64,000 bases of DNA from Auanema rhodensis (Eukaryota > Animalia > Nematoda), in NCBI GenBank assembly GCA_964057225.1, contig OZ059897.1:21948001-22012000 (forward strand), read 5' to 3'. The position numbers were made by a program, and so were the translations under genes. The notes beneath the pieces were generated by a model, which did no database searches, was not told the origin of the DNA, and saw only the letters and a program-made list of their open reading frames with translations. Shown in pieces: positions 1 through 15,000 of this stretch (position 1 is its first letter; each line of letters begins with the position of its first letter).

Positions 1-3000
1 GGTAACCATGACTTTGAAATTTACGTGAACTTTAATTTATGCTAATTAAATGTACACGTGATGTGCACTTAATATGTAACTCGCTTCACGTGAAAGATAA
101 AGAGATGCGGTTTTCAAAATTAGATTCCCCATGTCCATATTAGTCTAAAAACAAATTTTTATTGATATTGGTTCATGGTAACCATGACTTTGAAATTTAC
201 GTGAACTTTAATTTATGCTAATTAAATGTACACGTGATGTGCACTTGGTATGTAACTCGCTTCACGTGAAAGATAAAGAGATGCGGTTTTCAAAATTAGA
301 TTCCCCATGTCCATATTAGTCTAAAAACAAATTTTTATTGATATTGGTTCATGGTAACCATGACTTTGAAATTTACGTGAACTTTAATTTATGCTAATTA
401 AATTTACACGTGATGTGCACTTGGTATGTAACTCGCTTCACGTGAAAGATAAAGAGATGCGGTTTTCAAAATTAGATTCCCCATGTCCATATTAGTCTAA
501 AAACAAATTTTTATTGATATTGGTTCATGGTAACCATGACTTTGAAATTTACGTGAACTTTAATTTATGCTAATTAAATGTACACGTGATGTGCACTTGG
601 TATGTAACTCGCTTCACGTGAAAGATAAAGAGATGCGGTTTTCAAAATTAGATTTCCCATGTCCATATTAGTCTAAAAACAAATTTTTATTGATATTGGT
701 TCATGGTAACCATGACTTTGAAATTTACGTGAACTTTAATTTATGCTAATTAATTGTACACGTGATGTGCACTTGGTATGTAACTCGCTTCACGTGAAAG
801 ATAAAGAGATGCGGTTTTCAAAATTAGATTCCCCATGTCCATATTAGTCTAAAAACAAATTTTTATTGATATTGGTTCATGGTAACCATGACTTTGAAAT
901 TTACGTGAACTTTAATTTATGCTAATTAAATGTACACGTGATGTGCACTTGGTATGTAACTCGCTTCACGTGAAAGATAAAGAGATGCGGTTTTCAAAAT
1001 AAGATTCCCCATGTCCATATTAGTCTAAAAACAAATTTTTATTGATATTGGTTCATGGTAACCATGACTTTGAAATTTACGTGAACTTTAATTTATGCTA
1101 ATTAAATGTACACGTGATGTGCACTTAATATGTAACTCGCTTCACGTGAAAGATAAAGAGATGCGGTTTTCAAAATTAGATTCCCCATGTCCATATTAGT
1201 CTAAAAACAAATTTTTATTGATATTGGTTCATGGTAACCATGACTTTGAAATTTACGTGAACTTTAATTTATGCTAATTAAATGTACACGTGATGTGCAC
1301 TTGGTATGTAACTCGCTTCACGTGAAAGATAAAGAGATGCGGTTTTCAAAATTAGATTCCCCATGTCCATATTAGTCTAAAAACAAATTTTTATTGATAT
1401 TGGTTCATGGTAACCATGACTTTGAAATTTACGTGAACTTTAATTTATGCTAATTAAATTTACACGTGATGTGCACTTGGTATGTAACTCGCTTCACGTG
1501 AAAGATAAAGAGATGCGGTTTTCAAAATTAGATTCCCCATGTCCATATTAGTCTAAAAACAAATTTTTATTGATATTGGTTCATGGTAACCATGACTTTG
1601 AAATTTACGTGAACTTTAATTTATGCTAATTAAATGTACACGTGATGTGCACTTGGTATGTAACTCGCTTCACGTGAAAGATAAAGAGATGCGGTTTTCA
1701 AAATTAGATTTCCCATGTCCATATTAGTCTAAAAACAAATTTTTATTGATATTGGTTCATGGTAACCATGACTTTGAAATTTACGTGAACTTTAATTTAT
1801 GCTAATTAAATGTACACGTGATGTGCACTTGGTATGTAACTTGCTTCACGTGAAAGATAAAGAGATGCGGTTTTCAAAATTAGATTCCCCATGTCCATAT
1901 TAGTCTAAAAACAATTTTTTATTGATATTGGTGCATGGTAACCATGACTTTGAAATTTACGTGAACTTTAATTCATGCTAATTAAATGTACACGTGATGT
2001 GCACTTGGTATGTAACTCGCTTCACGTGAAAGATAAAGAGATGCGGTTTTCAAAATTAGATTCCCCATGTCCATATTAGTCTAAAAACAAATTTTTATTG
2101 ATATTGGTGCATGGTAACCATGACTTTGAAATTTACGTGAACTTTAATTTATGCTAATTAAATGTACACGTGATGTGCACTTGGTATGTAACTCGCTTCA
2201 CGTGGAAGATAAAGAGATGCGGTTTTCAAAATTAGATTCCCCATGTCCATATTAGTCTAAAAACAAATTTTTATTGATATTGGTTCATGGTAACCATGAC
2301 TTTGAAATTTACGTGAACTTTAATTTATGCTAATTAATTGTACACGTGATGTGCACTTGGTATGTAACTCGCTTCACGTGAAAGATAAAGAGATGCGGTT
2401 TTCAAAATTAGATTCCCCATGTCCATATTAGTCTAAAAACAAATTTTTATTGATATTGGTTCATGGTAACCATGACTTTGAAATTTACGTGAACTTTAAT
2501 TTATGCTAATTAAATGTACACGTGATGTGCACTTGGTATGTAACTCGCTTCACGTGAAAGATAAAGAGATGCGGTTTTCAAAATTAGATTCCCCATGTCC
2601 ATATTAGTCTAAAAACAAATTTTTATTGATATTGGTTCATGGTAACCATGACTTTGAAATTTACGTGAACTTTAATTTATGCTAATTAAATGTACACGTG
2701 ATGTGCACTTGGTATGTAACTCGCTTCACGTGAAAGATAAAGAGATGCGATTTTCAAAATTAGTTTCCCCATGTCCATATTAGTCTAAAAACAAATTTTT
2801 ATTGATATTGGTTCATGGTAACCATGACTTTGAAATTTACGTGAACTTTAATTTATGCTAATTAATTGTACACGTGATGTGCACTTGGTATGTAACTCGC
2901 TTCACGTGAAAGATAAAGAGATGCGGTTTTCAAAATTAGATTCCCCATGTCCATATTAGTCTAAAAACATATTTTTATTGATATTGGTTCATGGTAACCA

Positions 3001-6000
3001 TGACTTTGAAATTTACGTGAACTTTAATTTATGTTAATTAAATGTACACGTGATGTGCACTTGGTATGTAACTCGCTTCACGTGAAAGATAAAGAGATGC
3101 GGTTTTCAAAATTTGATTCCCCATGTCCATATTAGTCTAAAAACAAACTTTTATTGATATTGGTGCATGGTAACCATGACTTTGAAATTTACGTGAACTT
3201 TAATTCATGCTAATTAAATGTACACGTGATGTGCACTTGGTATGTAACTCGCTTCACGTGAAAGATAAAGAGATGCGGTTTTCAAAATAAGATTCCCCAA
3301 GTCCATATTAGTCTAAAAACAAATTTTTATTGATATTGGTGCATGGTAACCATGACTTTGAAATTTACGTGAACTTTAATTTATGCTAATTAAATGTACA
3401 CGTGATGTGCACTTGGTTTGTAACTCGCTTCACGTGAAAGATAAAGAGATGCGGTTTTCAAAATTAGATTCCCCATGTCCATATTAGTCTAAAAACAAAT
3501 TTTCATTGATATTGGTTCATGGTAACCATGACTTTGAAATTTACGTGAACTTTAATTTATGCTAATTAATTGTACACGTGATGTGCACTTGGTATGTAAC
3601 TCGCTTCACGTGAAAGATAAAGAGATGCGGTTTTCAAAATAAGATTCCCCATGTCCATATTAGTCTAAAAACAAATTTTTATTGATATTGGTGCATGGTA
3701 ACCATGACTTTGAAATTTACGTGAACTTTAATTTATGCTAATTAAATGTACACGTGATGTGCACTTGGTATGTAACTTGCTTCACGTGAAAGATAAAGAG
3801 ATGCGGTTTTCAAAATTAGATTCCCCATGTCCATATTAGTCTAAAAACAATTTTTTATTAATATTGGTGCATGGTAACCATGACTTTGAAATTTACGTGA
3901 ACTTTAATTCATGCTAATTAAATGTACACGTGATGTGCACTTGGTATGTAACTCGCTTCACGTGAAAGATAAAGAGATGCGGTTTTCAAAATTAGATTCC
4001 CCATGTCCATATTAGTCTAAAAACAAATTTTTATTGATATTGGTGCATGGTAACCATGACTTTGAAATTTACGTGAACTTTAATTTATGCTAATTAAATG
4101 TACACGTGATGTGCACTTGGTATGTAACTCGCTTCACGTGGAAGATAAAGAGATGCGGTTTTCAAAATTAGATTCCCCATGTCCATATTAGTCTAAAAAC
4201 AAATTTTTATTGATATTGGTTCATGGTAACCATGACTTTGAAATTTACGTGAACTTTAATTTATGCTAATTAAATGTACACGTGATGTGCACTTGGTATG
4301 TAACTTGCTTCACGTGAAAGATAAAGAGATGCGGTTTTCAAAATTAGATTCCCCATGTCCATATTAGTCTAAAAACAATTTTTTATTGATATTGGTGCAT
4401 GGTAACCATGACTTTGAAATTTACGTGAACTTTAATTCATGCTAATTAAATGTACACGTGATGTGCACTTGGTATGTAACTCGCTTCACGTGAAAGATAA
4501 AGAGATGCGGTTTTCAAAATTAGATTCCCCATGTCCATATTAGTCTAAAAACAAATTTTTATTGATATTGGTGCATGGTAACCATGACTTTGAAATTTAC
4601 GTGAACTTTAATTTATGCTAATTAAATGTACACGTGATGTGCACTTGGTATGTAACTCGCTTCACGTGGAAGATAAAGAGATGCGGTTTTCAAAATTAGA
4701 TTCCCCATGTCCATATTAGTCTAAAAACAAATTTTTATTGATATTGGTTCATGGTAACCATGACTTTGAAATTTACGTGAACTTTAATTTATGCTAATTA
4801 AATGTACACGTGATGTGCACTTGGTATGTAACTCGCTTCACGTGGAAGATAAAGAGATGCGGTTTTCAAAATTAGATTCCCCATGTCCATATTAGTCTAA
4901 AAACAAATTTTTATTGATATTGGTGCATGGTAACCATGACTTTGAAATTTACGTGAACTTTAATTTATGCTAATTAAATGTACACGTGATGTGCACTTGG
5001 TACGTAACTCGCTTCACGTGAAAGATAAAGAGATGCGGTTTTCAAAATTAGATTCCTCATGTCCATATTAGTCTAAAAACAAATTTTTATTGATATTGGT
5101 GCATGGTAACCATGACTTTGAAATTTACGTGAACTTCAATTTATGCTAATTAAATGTACACGTGATGTGCACTTGGTATGTAACTCGCTTCACGTGAAAG
5201 ATAAAGAGATGCGGTTTTCAAAATTAGATTCCCCATGTCCATATTAGTCTAAAAACAAATTTTTATTGATATTGGTTCATGGTAACCATGACTTTGAAAT
5301 TTACGTGAACTTTAATTTATGCTAATTAAATGTACACGTGATGTGCACTTGGTATGTAACTCGCTTCACGTGAAAGATGAAGAGATGCGGTTTTCAAAAT
5401 TAGATTCCCCATGTCCATATTAGTCTAAAAACAAATTTTTATTGATATTGGTTCATGGTAACCATGACTTTGAAATTTACGTGAACTTCAATTTATGCTA
5501 ATTAAATGTACACGTGATGTGCACTTGGTATGTAACTCGCTTCACGTGAAAGATAAAGAGATGCGGTTTTCAAAATTAGATTCCCCATGTCAATATTAGT
5601 CTAAAAACAAATTTTTATTGATATTGGTGCATGGTAACCATGACTTTGAAATTTACGTGAACTTTAATTTATGCTAATTAAATGTACACGTGATGTGCAC
5701 TTGGTATGTAACTCGCTTCACGTGAAAGATAAAGAGATGCGGTTTTCAAAATTAAATTTCCCATGTCCATATTAGTCTAAAAACAAATTTTTATTGATAT
5801 TGGTGCATGGTAACCATGACTTTGAAATTTACGTGAACTTTAATTTATGCTAATTAAATGTACACGTGATGTGCACTTAGTATGTAACTCGCTTCACGTG
5901 AAAGATAAAGAGATGCGGTTTTCAAAATTAGATTCCCCATGTCCATATTAGTCTAAAAACAAATTTTTATTGATATTGGTTAATGGTAACCATGACTTTG

Positions 6001-9000
6001 AAATTTACGTGAACTTTAATTTATGCTAATTAAATGTACACGTGATGTGCACTTGGTATGTAACTCGCTTCACGTGAAAGATAAAGAGATGCGGTTTTCA
6101 AAATTAAATTTCCCATGTCCATATTAGTCTAAAAACAAATTTTTATTGATATTGGTGCATGGTAACCATGACTTTGAAATTTACGTGAACTTTAATTTAT
6201 GCTAATTAAATGTACACGTGATGTGCACTTGGTATGTAACTCGCTTCACGTGAAAGATAAAGAGATGCGGTTTTCAAAATTTGATTCCCCATGTCCATAT
6301 TAGTCTAAAAACAAACTTTTATTGATATTGGTTCATGGTAACCATGACTTTGAAATTTACGTGAACTTTAATTTATGCTAATTAAATGTACACGTGATGT
6401 GCACTTGGTATGTAACTCGCTTCACGTGAAAGATAAAGAGATGCGGTTTTCAAAATTAGATTCCCCATGTCCATATTAGTCTAAAAACAAATTTTTATTG
6501 ATATTGGTTCATGGTAACCATGACTTTGAAATTTACGTGAACTTTAATTTATGCTAATTAATTGTACACGTGATGTGCACTTGGTATGTAACTCGCTTCA
6601 CGTGAAAGATAAAGAGATGCGGTTTTCAAAATTAGATTCCCCATGTCCATATTAGTCTAAAAACAAATTTTTATTGATATTGGTTCATGGTAACCATGAC
6701 TTTGAAATTTACGTGAACTTTAATTTATGCTAATTAAATGTACACGTGATGTGCACTTGGTATGTAACTCGCTTCACGTGAAAGATAAAGAGATGCGGTT
6801 TTCAAAATTAGATTCCCCATGTCCATATTAGTCTAAAAACAAATTTTTATTGATATTGGTTCATGGTAACCATGACTTTGAAATTTACGTGAACTTTAAT
6901 TTATGCTAATTAAATGTACACGTGATGTGCACTTGGTATGTAACTTGCTTCACGTGAAAGATAAAGAGATGCGATTTTCAAAATTAGTTTCCCCATGTCC
7001 ATATTAGTCTAAAAACAAATTTTTATTGATATTGGTTCAGGGTAACCATGACTTTGAAATTTACGTGAACTTTAATTTATGCTAATTAAATGTACACGTG
7101 ATGTGCACTTGGTATGTAACTCGCTTCACATGAAAGATAAAGAGATGCGGTTTTCAAAATTAGATTCCCCATGTCCATATTAGTCTAAAAACAAATTTTT
7201 ATTGATATTGGTTCATGGTAACCATGACTTTGAAATTTACGTGAACTTTAATTTATGCTAATTAAATGTACACGTGATGTGCACTTGGTATGTAACTCGC
7301 TTCACGTGAAAGATAAAGAGATGCGGTTTTCAAAATTAGATTCCCCATGTCCATATTAGTCTAAAAACAAATTTTTATTGATATTGGTGCATGGTAACCA
7401 TGACTTTGAAATTTACGTGAACTTTAATTTATGCTAATTAAATGTACACGTGATGTGCACTTGGTATGTAACTCGCTTCACATGAAAGATAAAGAGATGC
7501 GGTTTTCAAAATTAGATTCCCCATGTCCATATTAGTCTAAAAACAAATTTTTATTGATATTGGTTCATGGTAACCATGACTTTGAAATTTACGTGAACTT
7601 TAATTTATGCTAATTAAATGTACACGTGATGTGCACTTGGTATGTAACTCGCTTCACGTGAAAGATAAAGAGATGCGGTTTTCAAAATTAGATTCCCCAT
7701 GTCCATATTAGTCTAAAAACAACTTTTTATTGATATTGGTGCATGGTAACCATGACTTTGAAATTTACGTGAACTTTAATTTATGCTAATTAAATGTACA
7801 CGTGATGTGCACTTGGTATGTAACTCGCTTCACGTGAAAGATAAAGAGATGCGGTTTTCAAAATAAGATTCCCCATGTCCATATTAGTCTAAAAACAAAT
7901 TTTTATTGATATTGGTTAATGGTAACCATGACTTTGAAATTTACGTGAACTTTAATTTATGCTAATTAAATGTACACGTGATGTGCACTTGGTATGTAAC
8001 TCGCTTCACGTGAAAGATAAAGAGATGCGGTTTTCAAAATAAGATTCCCCATGTCCATATTAGTCTAAAAACAAATTTTTATTGATATTGGTTCATGGTA
8101 ACCATGACTTTGAAATTTACGTGAACTTTAATTTATGCTAATTAAATGTACACGTGATGTGCACTTGGTATGTAACTCGCTTCACGTGAAAGATAAAGAG
8201 ATGCGGTTTTCAAAATAAGATTCCCCATGTCCATATTAGTCTAAAAACAAATTTTTATTGATATTGGTTCATGGTAACCATGACTTTGAAATTTACGTGA
8301 ACTTTAATTTATGCTAATTAAATGTACACGTGATGTGCACTTGGTATGTAACTCGCTTCACATGAAAGATAAAGAGATGCGGTTTTCAAAATTAGATTCC
8401 CCATGTCCATATTAGTCTAAAAACAAATTTTTATTGATATTGGTTCATGGTAACCATGACTTTGAAATTTACGTGAACTTTAATTTATGCTAATTAAATG
8501 TACACGTGATGTGCACTTGGTATGTAACTCGCTTCACGTGAAAGATAAAGAGATGCGGTTTTCAAAATTAGATTCCCCATGTCCATATTAGTCTAAAAAC
8601 AAATTTTTATTGATATTGGTTCATGGTAACCATGACTTTGAAATTTACGTGAACTTTAATTTATGCTAATTAATTGTACACGTGATGTGCACTTGGTATG
8701 TAACTCGCTTCACGTGAAAGATAAAGAGATGCGGTTTTCAAAATTAGATTCCCCATGTCCATATTAGTCTAAAAACAAATTTTTATTGATATTGGTTCAT
8801 GGTAACCATGACTTTGAAATTTACGTGAACTTTAATTTATGCTAATTAAATGTACACGTGATGTGCACTTGGTATGTAACTCGCTTCACGTGAAAGATAA
8901 AGAGATGCGGTTTTCAAAATTAGATTCCCCATGTCCATATTAGTCTAAAAACAAATTTTTATTGATATTGGTTCATGGTAACCATGACTTTGAAATTTAC

Positions 9001-12000
9001 GTGAACTTTAATTTATGCTAATTAAATGTACACGTGATGTGCACTTGGTATGTAACTTGCTTCACGTGAAAGATAAAGAGATGCGATTTTCAAAATTAGT
9101 TTCCCCATGTCCATATTAGTCTAAAAACAAATTTTTATTGATATTGGTTCAGGGTAACCATGACTTTGAAATTTACGTGAACTTTAATTTATGCTAATTA
9201 AATGTACACGTGATGTGCACTTGGTATGTAACTCGCTTCACATGAAAGATAAAGAGATGCGGTTTTCAAAATTAGATTCCCCATGTCCATATTAGTCTAA
9301 AAACAAATTTTTATTGATATTGGTTCATGGTAACCATGACTTTGAAATTTACGTGAACTTTAATTTATGCTAATTAAATGTACACGTGATGTGCACTTGG
9401 TATGTAACTCGCTTCACGTGAAAGATAAAGAGATGCGGTTTTCAAAATTAGATTCCCCATGTCCATATTAGTCTAAAAACAAATTTTTATTGATATTGGT
9501 GCATGGTAACCATGACTTTGAAATTTACGTGAACTTTAATTTATGCTAATTAAATGTACACGTGATGTGCACTTGGTATGTAACTCGCTTCACATGAAAG
9601 ATAAAGAGATGCGGTTTTCAAAATTAGATTCCCCATGTCCATATTAGTCTAAAAACAAATTTTTATTGATATTGGTTCATGGTAACCATGACTTTGAAAT
9701 TTACGTGAACTTTAATTTATGCTAATTAAATGTACACGTGATGTGCACTTGGTATGTAACTCGCTTCACGTGAAAGATAAAGAGATGCGGTTTTCAAAAT
9801 TAGATTCCCCATGTCCATATTAGTCTAAAAACAACTTTTTATTGATATTGGTGCATGGTAACCATGACTTTGAAATTTACGTGAACTTTAATTTATGCTA
9901 ATTAAATGTACACGTGATGTGCACTTGGTATGTAACTCGCTTCACGTGAAAGATAAAGAGATGCGGTTTTCAAAATAAGATTCCCCATGTCCATATTAGT
10001 CTAAAAACAAATTTTTATTGATATTGGTTAATGGTAACCATGACTTTGAAATTTACGTGAACTTTAATTTATGCTAATTAAATGTACACGTGATGTGCAC
10101 TTGGTATGTAACTCGCTTCACGTGAAAGATAAAGAGATGCGGTTTTCAAAATAAGATTCCCCATGTCCATATTAGTCTAAAAACAAATTTTTATTGATAT
10201 TGGTTCATGGTAACCATGACTTTGAAATTTACGTGAACTTTAATTTATGCTAATTAAATGTACACGTGATGTGCACTTGGTATGTAACTCGCTTCACGTG
10301 AAAGATAAAGAGATGCGGTTTTCAAAATAAGATTCCCCATGTCCATATTAGTCTAAAAACAAATTTTTATTGATATTGGTTCATGGTAACCATGACTTTG
10401 AAATTTACGTGAACTTTAATTTATGCTAATTAAATGTACACGTGATGTGCACTTGGTATGTAACTCGCTTCACATGAAAGATAAAGAGATGCGGTTTTCA
10501 AAATTAGATTCCCCATGTCCATATTAGTCTAAAAACAAATTTTTATTGATATTGGTTCATGGTAACCATGACTTTGAAATTTACGTGAACTTTAATTTAT
10601 GCTAATTAAATGTACACGTGATGTGCACTTGGTATGTAACTCGCTTCACGTGAAAGATAAAGAGATGCGGTTTTCAAAATTAGATTCCCCATGTCCATAT
10701 TAGTCTAAAAACAAATTTTTATTGATATTGGTGCATGGTAACCATGACTTTGAAATTTACGTGAACTTTAATTTATGCTAATTAAATGTACACGTGATGT
10801 GCACTTGGTATGTAACTCGCTTCACATGAAAGATAAAGAGATGCGGTTTTCAAAATTAGATTCCCCATGTCCATATTAGTCTAAAAACAAATTTTTATTG
10901 ATATTGGTTCATGGTAACCATGACTTTGAAATTTACGTGAACTTTAATTTATGCTAATTAAATGTACACGTGATGTGCACTTGGTATGTAACTCGCTTCA
11001 CGTGAAAGATAAAGAGATGCGGTTTTCAAAATTAGATTCCCCATGTCCATATTAGTCTAAAAACAACTTTTTATTGATATTGGTGCATGGTAACCATGAC
11101 TTTGAAATTTACGTGAACTTTAATTTATGCTAATTAAATGTACACGTGATGTGCACTTGGTATGTAACTCGCTTCACGTGAAAGATAAAGAGATGCGGTT
11201 TTCAAAATAAGATTCCCCATGTCCATATTAGTCTAAAAACAAATTTTTATTGATATTGGTTAATGGTAACCATGACTTTGAAATTTACGTGAACTTTAAT
11301 TTATGCTAATTAAATGTACACGTGATGTGCACTTGGTATGTAACTCGCTTCACGTGAAAGATAAAGAGATGCGGTTTTCAAAATAAGATTCCCCATGTCC
11401 ATATTAGTCTAAAAACAAATTTTTATTGATATTGGTTCATGGTAACCATGACTTTGAAATTTACGTGAACTTTAATTTATGCTAATTAAATGTACACGTG
11501 ATGTGCACTTGGTATGTAACTCGCTTCACGTGAAAGATAAAGAGATGCGGTTTTCAAAATAAGATTCCCCATGTCCATATTAGTCTAAAAACAAATTTTT
11601 ATTGATATTGGTTCATGGTAACCATGACTTTGAAATTTACGTGAACTTTAATTTATGCTAATTAAATGTACACGTGATGTGCACTTGGTATGTAACTCGC
11701 TTCACGTGAAAGATAAAGAGATGCGGTTTTCAAAATTAGATTCCCCATGTCCATATTAGTCTAAAAACAAATTTTTATTGATATTGGTTCATGGTAACCA
11801 TGACTTTGAAATTTACGTGAACTTTAATTTATGCTAATTAAATGTACACGTGATGTGCACTTGGTATGTAACTCGCTTCACGTGAAAGATAAAGAGATGC
11901 GGTTTTCAAAATTAGATTCCCCATGTCCATATTAGTCTAAAAACAAATTTTTATTGATATTGGTTCATGGTAACCATGACTTTGAAATTTACGTGAACTT

Positions 12001-15000
12001 TAATTTATGCTAATTAAATTTACACGTGATGTGCACTTGGTATGTAACTCGCTTCACGTGAAAGATAAAGAGATGCGGTTTTCAAAATTAGATTCCCCAT
12101 GTCCATATTAGTCTAAAAACAAATTTTTATTGATATTGGTTCATGGTAACCATGACTTTGAAATTTACGTGAACTTTAATTTATGCTAATTAATTGTACA
12201 CGTGATGTGCACTTGGTATGTAACTCGCTTCACGTGAAAGATAAAGAGATGCGGTTTTCAAAATTAGATTCCCCATGTCCATATTAGTCTAAAAACAAAT
12301 TTTTATTGATATTGGTTCATGGTAACCATGACTTTGAAATTTACGTGAACTTTAATTTATGCTAATTAAATGTACACGTGATGTGCACTTGGTATGTAAC
12401 TCGCTTCACGTGAAAGATAAAGAGATGCGGTTTTCAAAATTAGATTCCCCATGTCCATATTAGTCTAAAAACAAATTTTTATTGATATTGGTTCATGGTA
12501 ACCATGACTTTGAAATTTACGTGAACTTTAATTTATGCTAATTAAATGTACACGTGATGTGCACTTGGTATGTAACTTGCTTCACGTGAAAGATAAAGAG
12601 ATGCGATTTTCAAAATTAGTTTCCCCATGTCCATATTAGTCTAAAAACAAATTTTTATTGATATTGGTTCAGGGTAACCATGACTTTGAAATTTACGTGA
12701 ACTTTAATTTATGCTAATTAAATGTACACGTGATGTGCACTTGGTATGTAACTCGCTTCACATGAAAGATAAAGAGATGCGGTTTTCAAAATTAGATTCC
12801 CCATGTCCATATTAGTCTAAAAACAAATTTTTATTGATATTGGTTCATGGTAACCATGACTTTGAAATTTACGTGAACTTTAATTTATGCTAATTAAATG
12901 TACACGTGATGTGCACTTGGTATGTAACTCGCTTCACGTGAAAGATAAAGAGATGCGGTTTTCAAAATTAGATTCCCCATGTCCATATTAGTCTAAAAAC
13001 AAATTTTTATTGATATTGGTGCATGGTAACCATGACTTTGAAATTTACGTGAACTTTAATTTATGCTAATTAAATGTACACGTGATGTGCACTTGGTATG
13101 TAACTCGCTTCACATGAAAGATAAAGAGATGCGGTTTTCAAAATTAGATTCCCCATGTCCATATTAGTCTAAAAACAAATTTTTATTGATATTGGTTCAT
13201 GGTAACCATGACTTTGAAATTTACGTGAACTTTAATTTATGCTAATTAAATGTACACGTGATGTGCACTTGGTATGTAACTCGCTTCACGTGAAAGATAA
13301 AGAGATGCGGTTTTCAAAATTAGATTCCCCATGTCCATATTAGTCTAAAAACAACTTTTTATTGATATTGGTGCATGGTAACCATGACTTTGAAATTTAC
13401 GTGAACTTTAATTTATGCTAATTAAATGTACACGTGATGTGCACTTGGTATGTAACTCGCTTCACGTGAAAGATAAAGAGATGCGGTTTTCAAAATAAGA
13501 TTCCCCATGTCCATATTAGTCTAAAAACAAATTTTTATTGATATTGGTTAATGGTAACCATGACTTTGAAATTTACGTGAACTTTAATTTATGCTAATTA
13601 AATGTACACGTGATGTGCACTTGGTATGTAACTCGCTTCACGTGAAAGATAAAGAGATGCGGTTTTCAAAATAAGATTCCCCAAATCCATATTAGTCTAA
13701 AAACAAATTTTTATTGATATTGGTTCATGGTAACCATGACTTTGAAATTTACGTGAACTTTAATTTATGCTAATTAAATGTACACGTGATGTGCACTTGG
13801 TATGTAACTCGCTTCACGTGAAAGATAAAGAGATGCGGTTTTCAAAATAAGATTCCCCATGTCCATATTAGTCTAAAAACAAATTTTTATTGATATTGGT
13901 TCATGGTAACCATGACTTTGAAATTTACGTGAACTTTAATTTATGCTAATTAAATGTACACGTGATGTGCACTTGGTATGTAACTCGCTTCACATGAAAG
14001 ATAAAGAGATGCGGTTTTCAAAATTAGATTCCCCATGTCCATATTAGTCTAAAAACAAATTTTTATTGATATTGGTTCATGGTAACCATGACTTTGAAAT
14101 TTACGTGAACTTTAATTTATGCTAATTAAATGTACACGTGATGTGCACTTGGTATGTAACTCGCTTCACGTGAAAGATAAAGAGATGCGGTTTTCAAAAT
14201 TAGATTCCCCATGTCCATATTAGTCTAAAAACAAATTTTTATTGATATTGGTGCATGGTAACCATGACTTTGAAATTTACGTGAACTTTAATTTATGCTA
14301 ATTAAATGTACACGTGATGTGCACTTGGTATGTAACTCGCTTCACATGAAAGATAAAGAGATGCGGTTTTCAAAATTAGATTCCCCATGTCCATATTAGT
14401 CTAAAAACAAATTTTTATTGATATTGGTTCATGGTAACCATGACTTTGAAATTTACGTGAACTTTAATTTATGCTAATTAAATGTACACGTGATGTGCAC
14501 TTGGTATGTAACTCGCTTCACGTGAAAGATAAAGAGATGCGGTTTTCAAAATTAGATTCCCCATGTCCATATTAGTCTAAAAACAACTTTTTATTGATAT
14601 TGGTGCATGGTAACCATGACTTTGAAATTTACGTGAACTTTAATTTATGCTAATTAAATGTACACGTGATGTGCACTTGGTATGTAACTCGCTTCACGTG
14701 AAAGATAAAGAGATGCGGTTTTCAAAATAAGATTCCCCATGTCCATATTAGTCTAAAAACAAATTTTTATTGATATTGGTTAATGGTAACCATGACTTTG
14801 AAATTTACGTGAACTTTAATTTATGCTAATTAAATGTACACGTGATGTGCACTTGGTATGTAACTCGCTTCACGTGAAAGATAAAGAGATGCGGTTTTCA
14901 AAATAAGATTCCCCATGTCCATATTAGTCTAAAAACAAATTTTTATTGATATTGGTTCATGGTAACCATGACTTTGAAATTTACGTGAACTTTAATTTAT

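Noticed and set aside
111-176. Satellite derived from a DNA-transposon or MITE end
   Set aside because: Only a vague resemblance to transposon subterminal sequence. There is no TIR pair, TSD or transposase in the window, so a Dfam/Repbase search is required.
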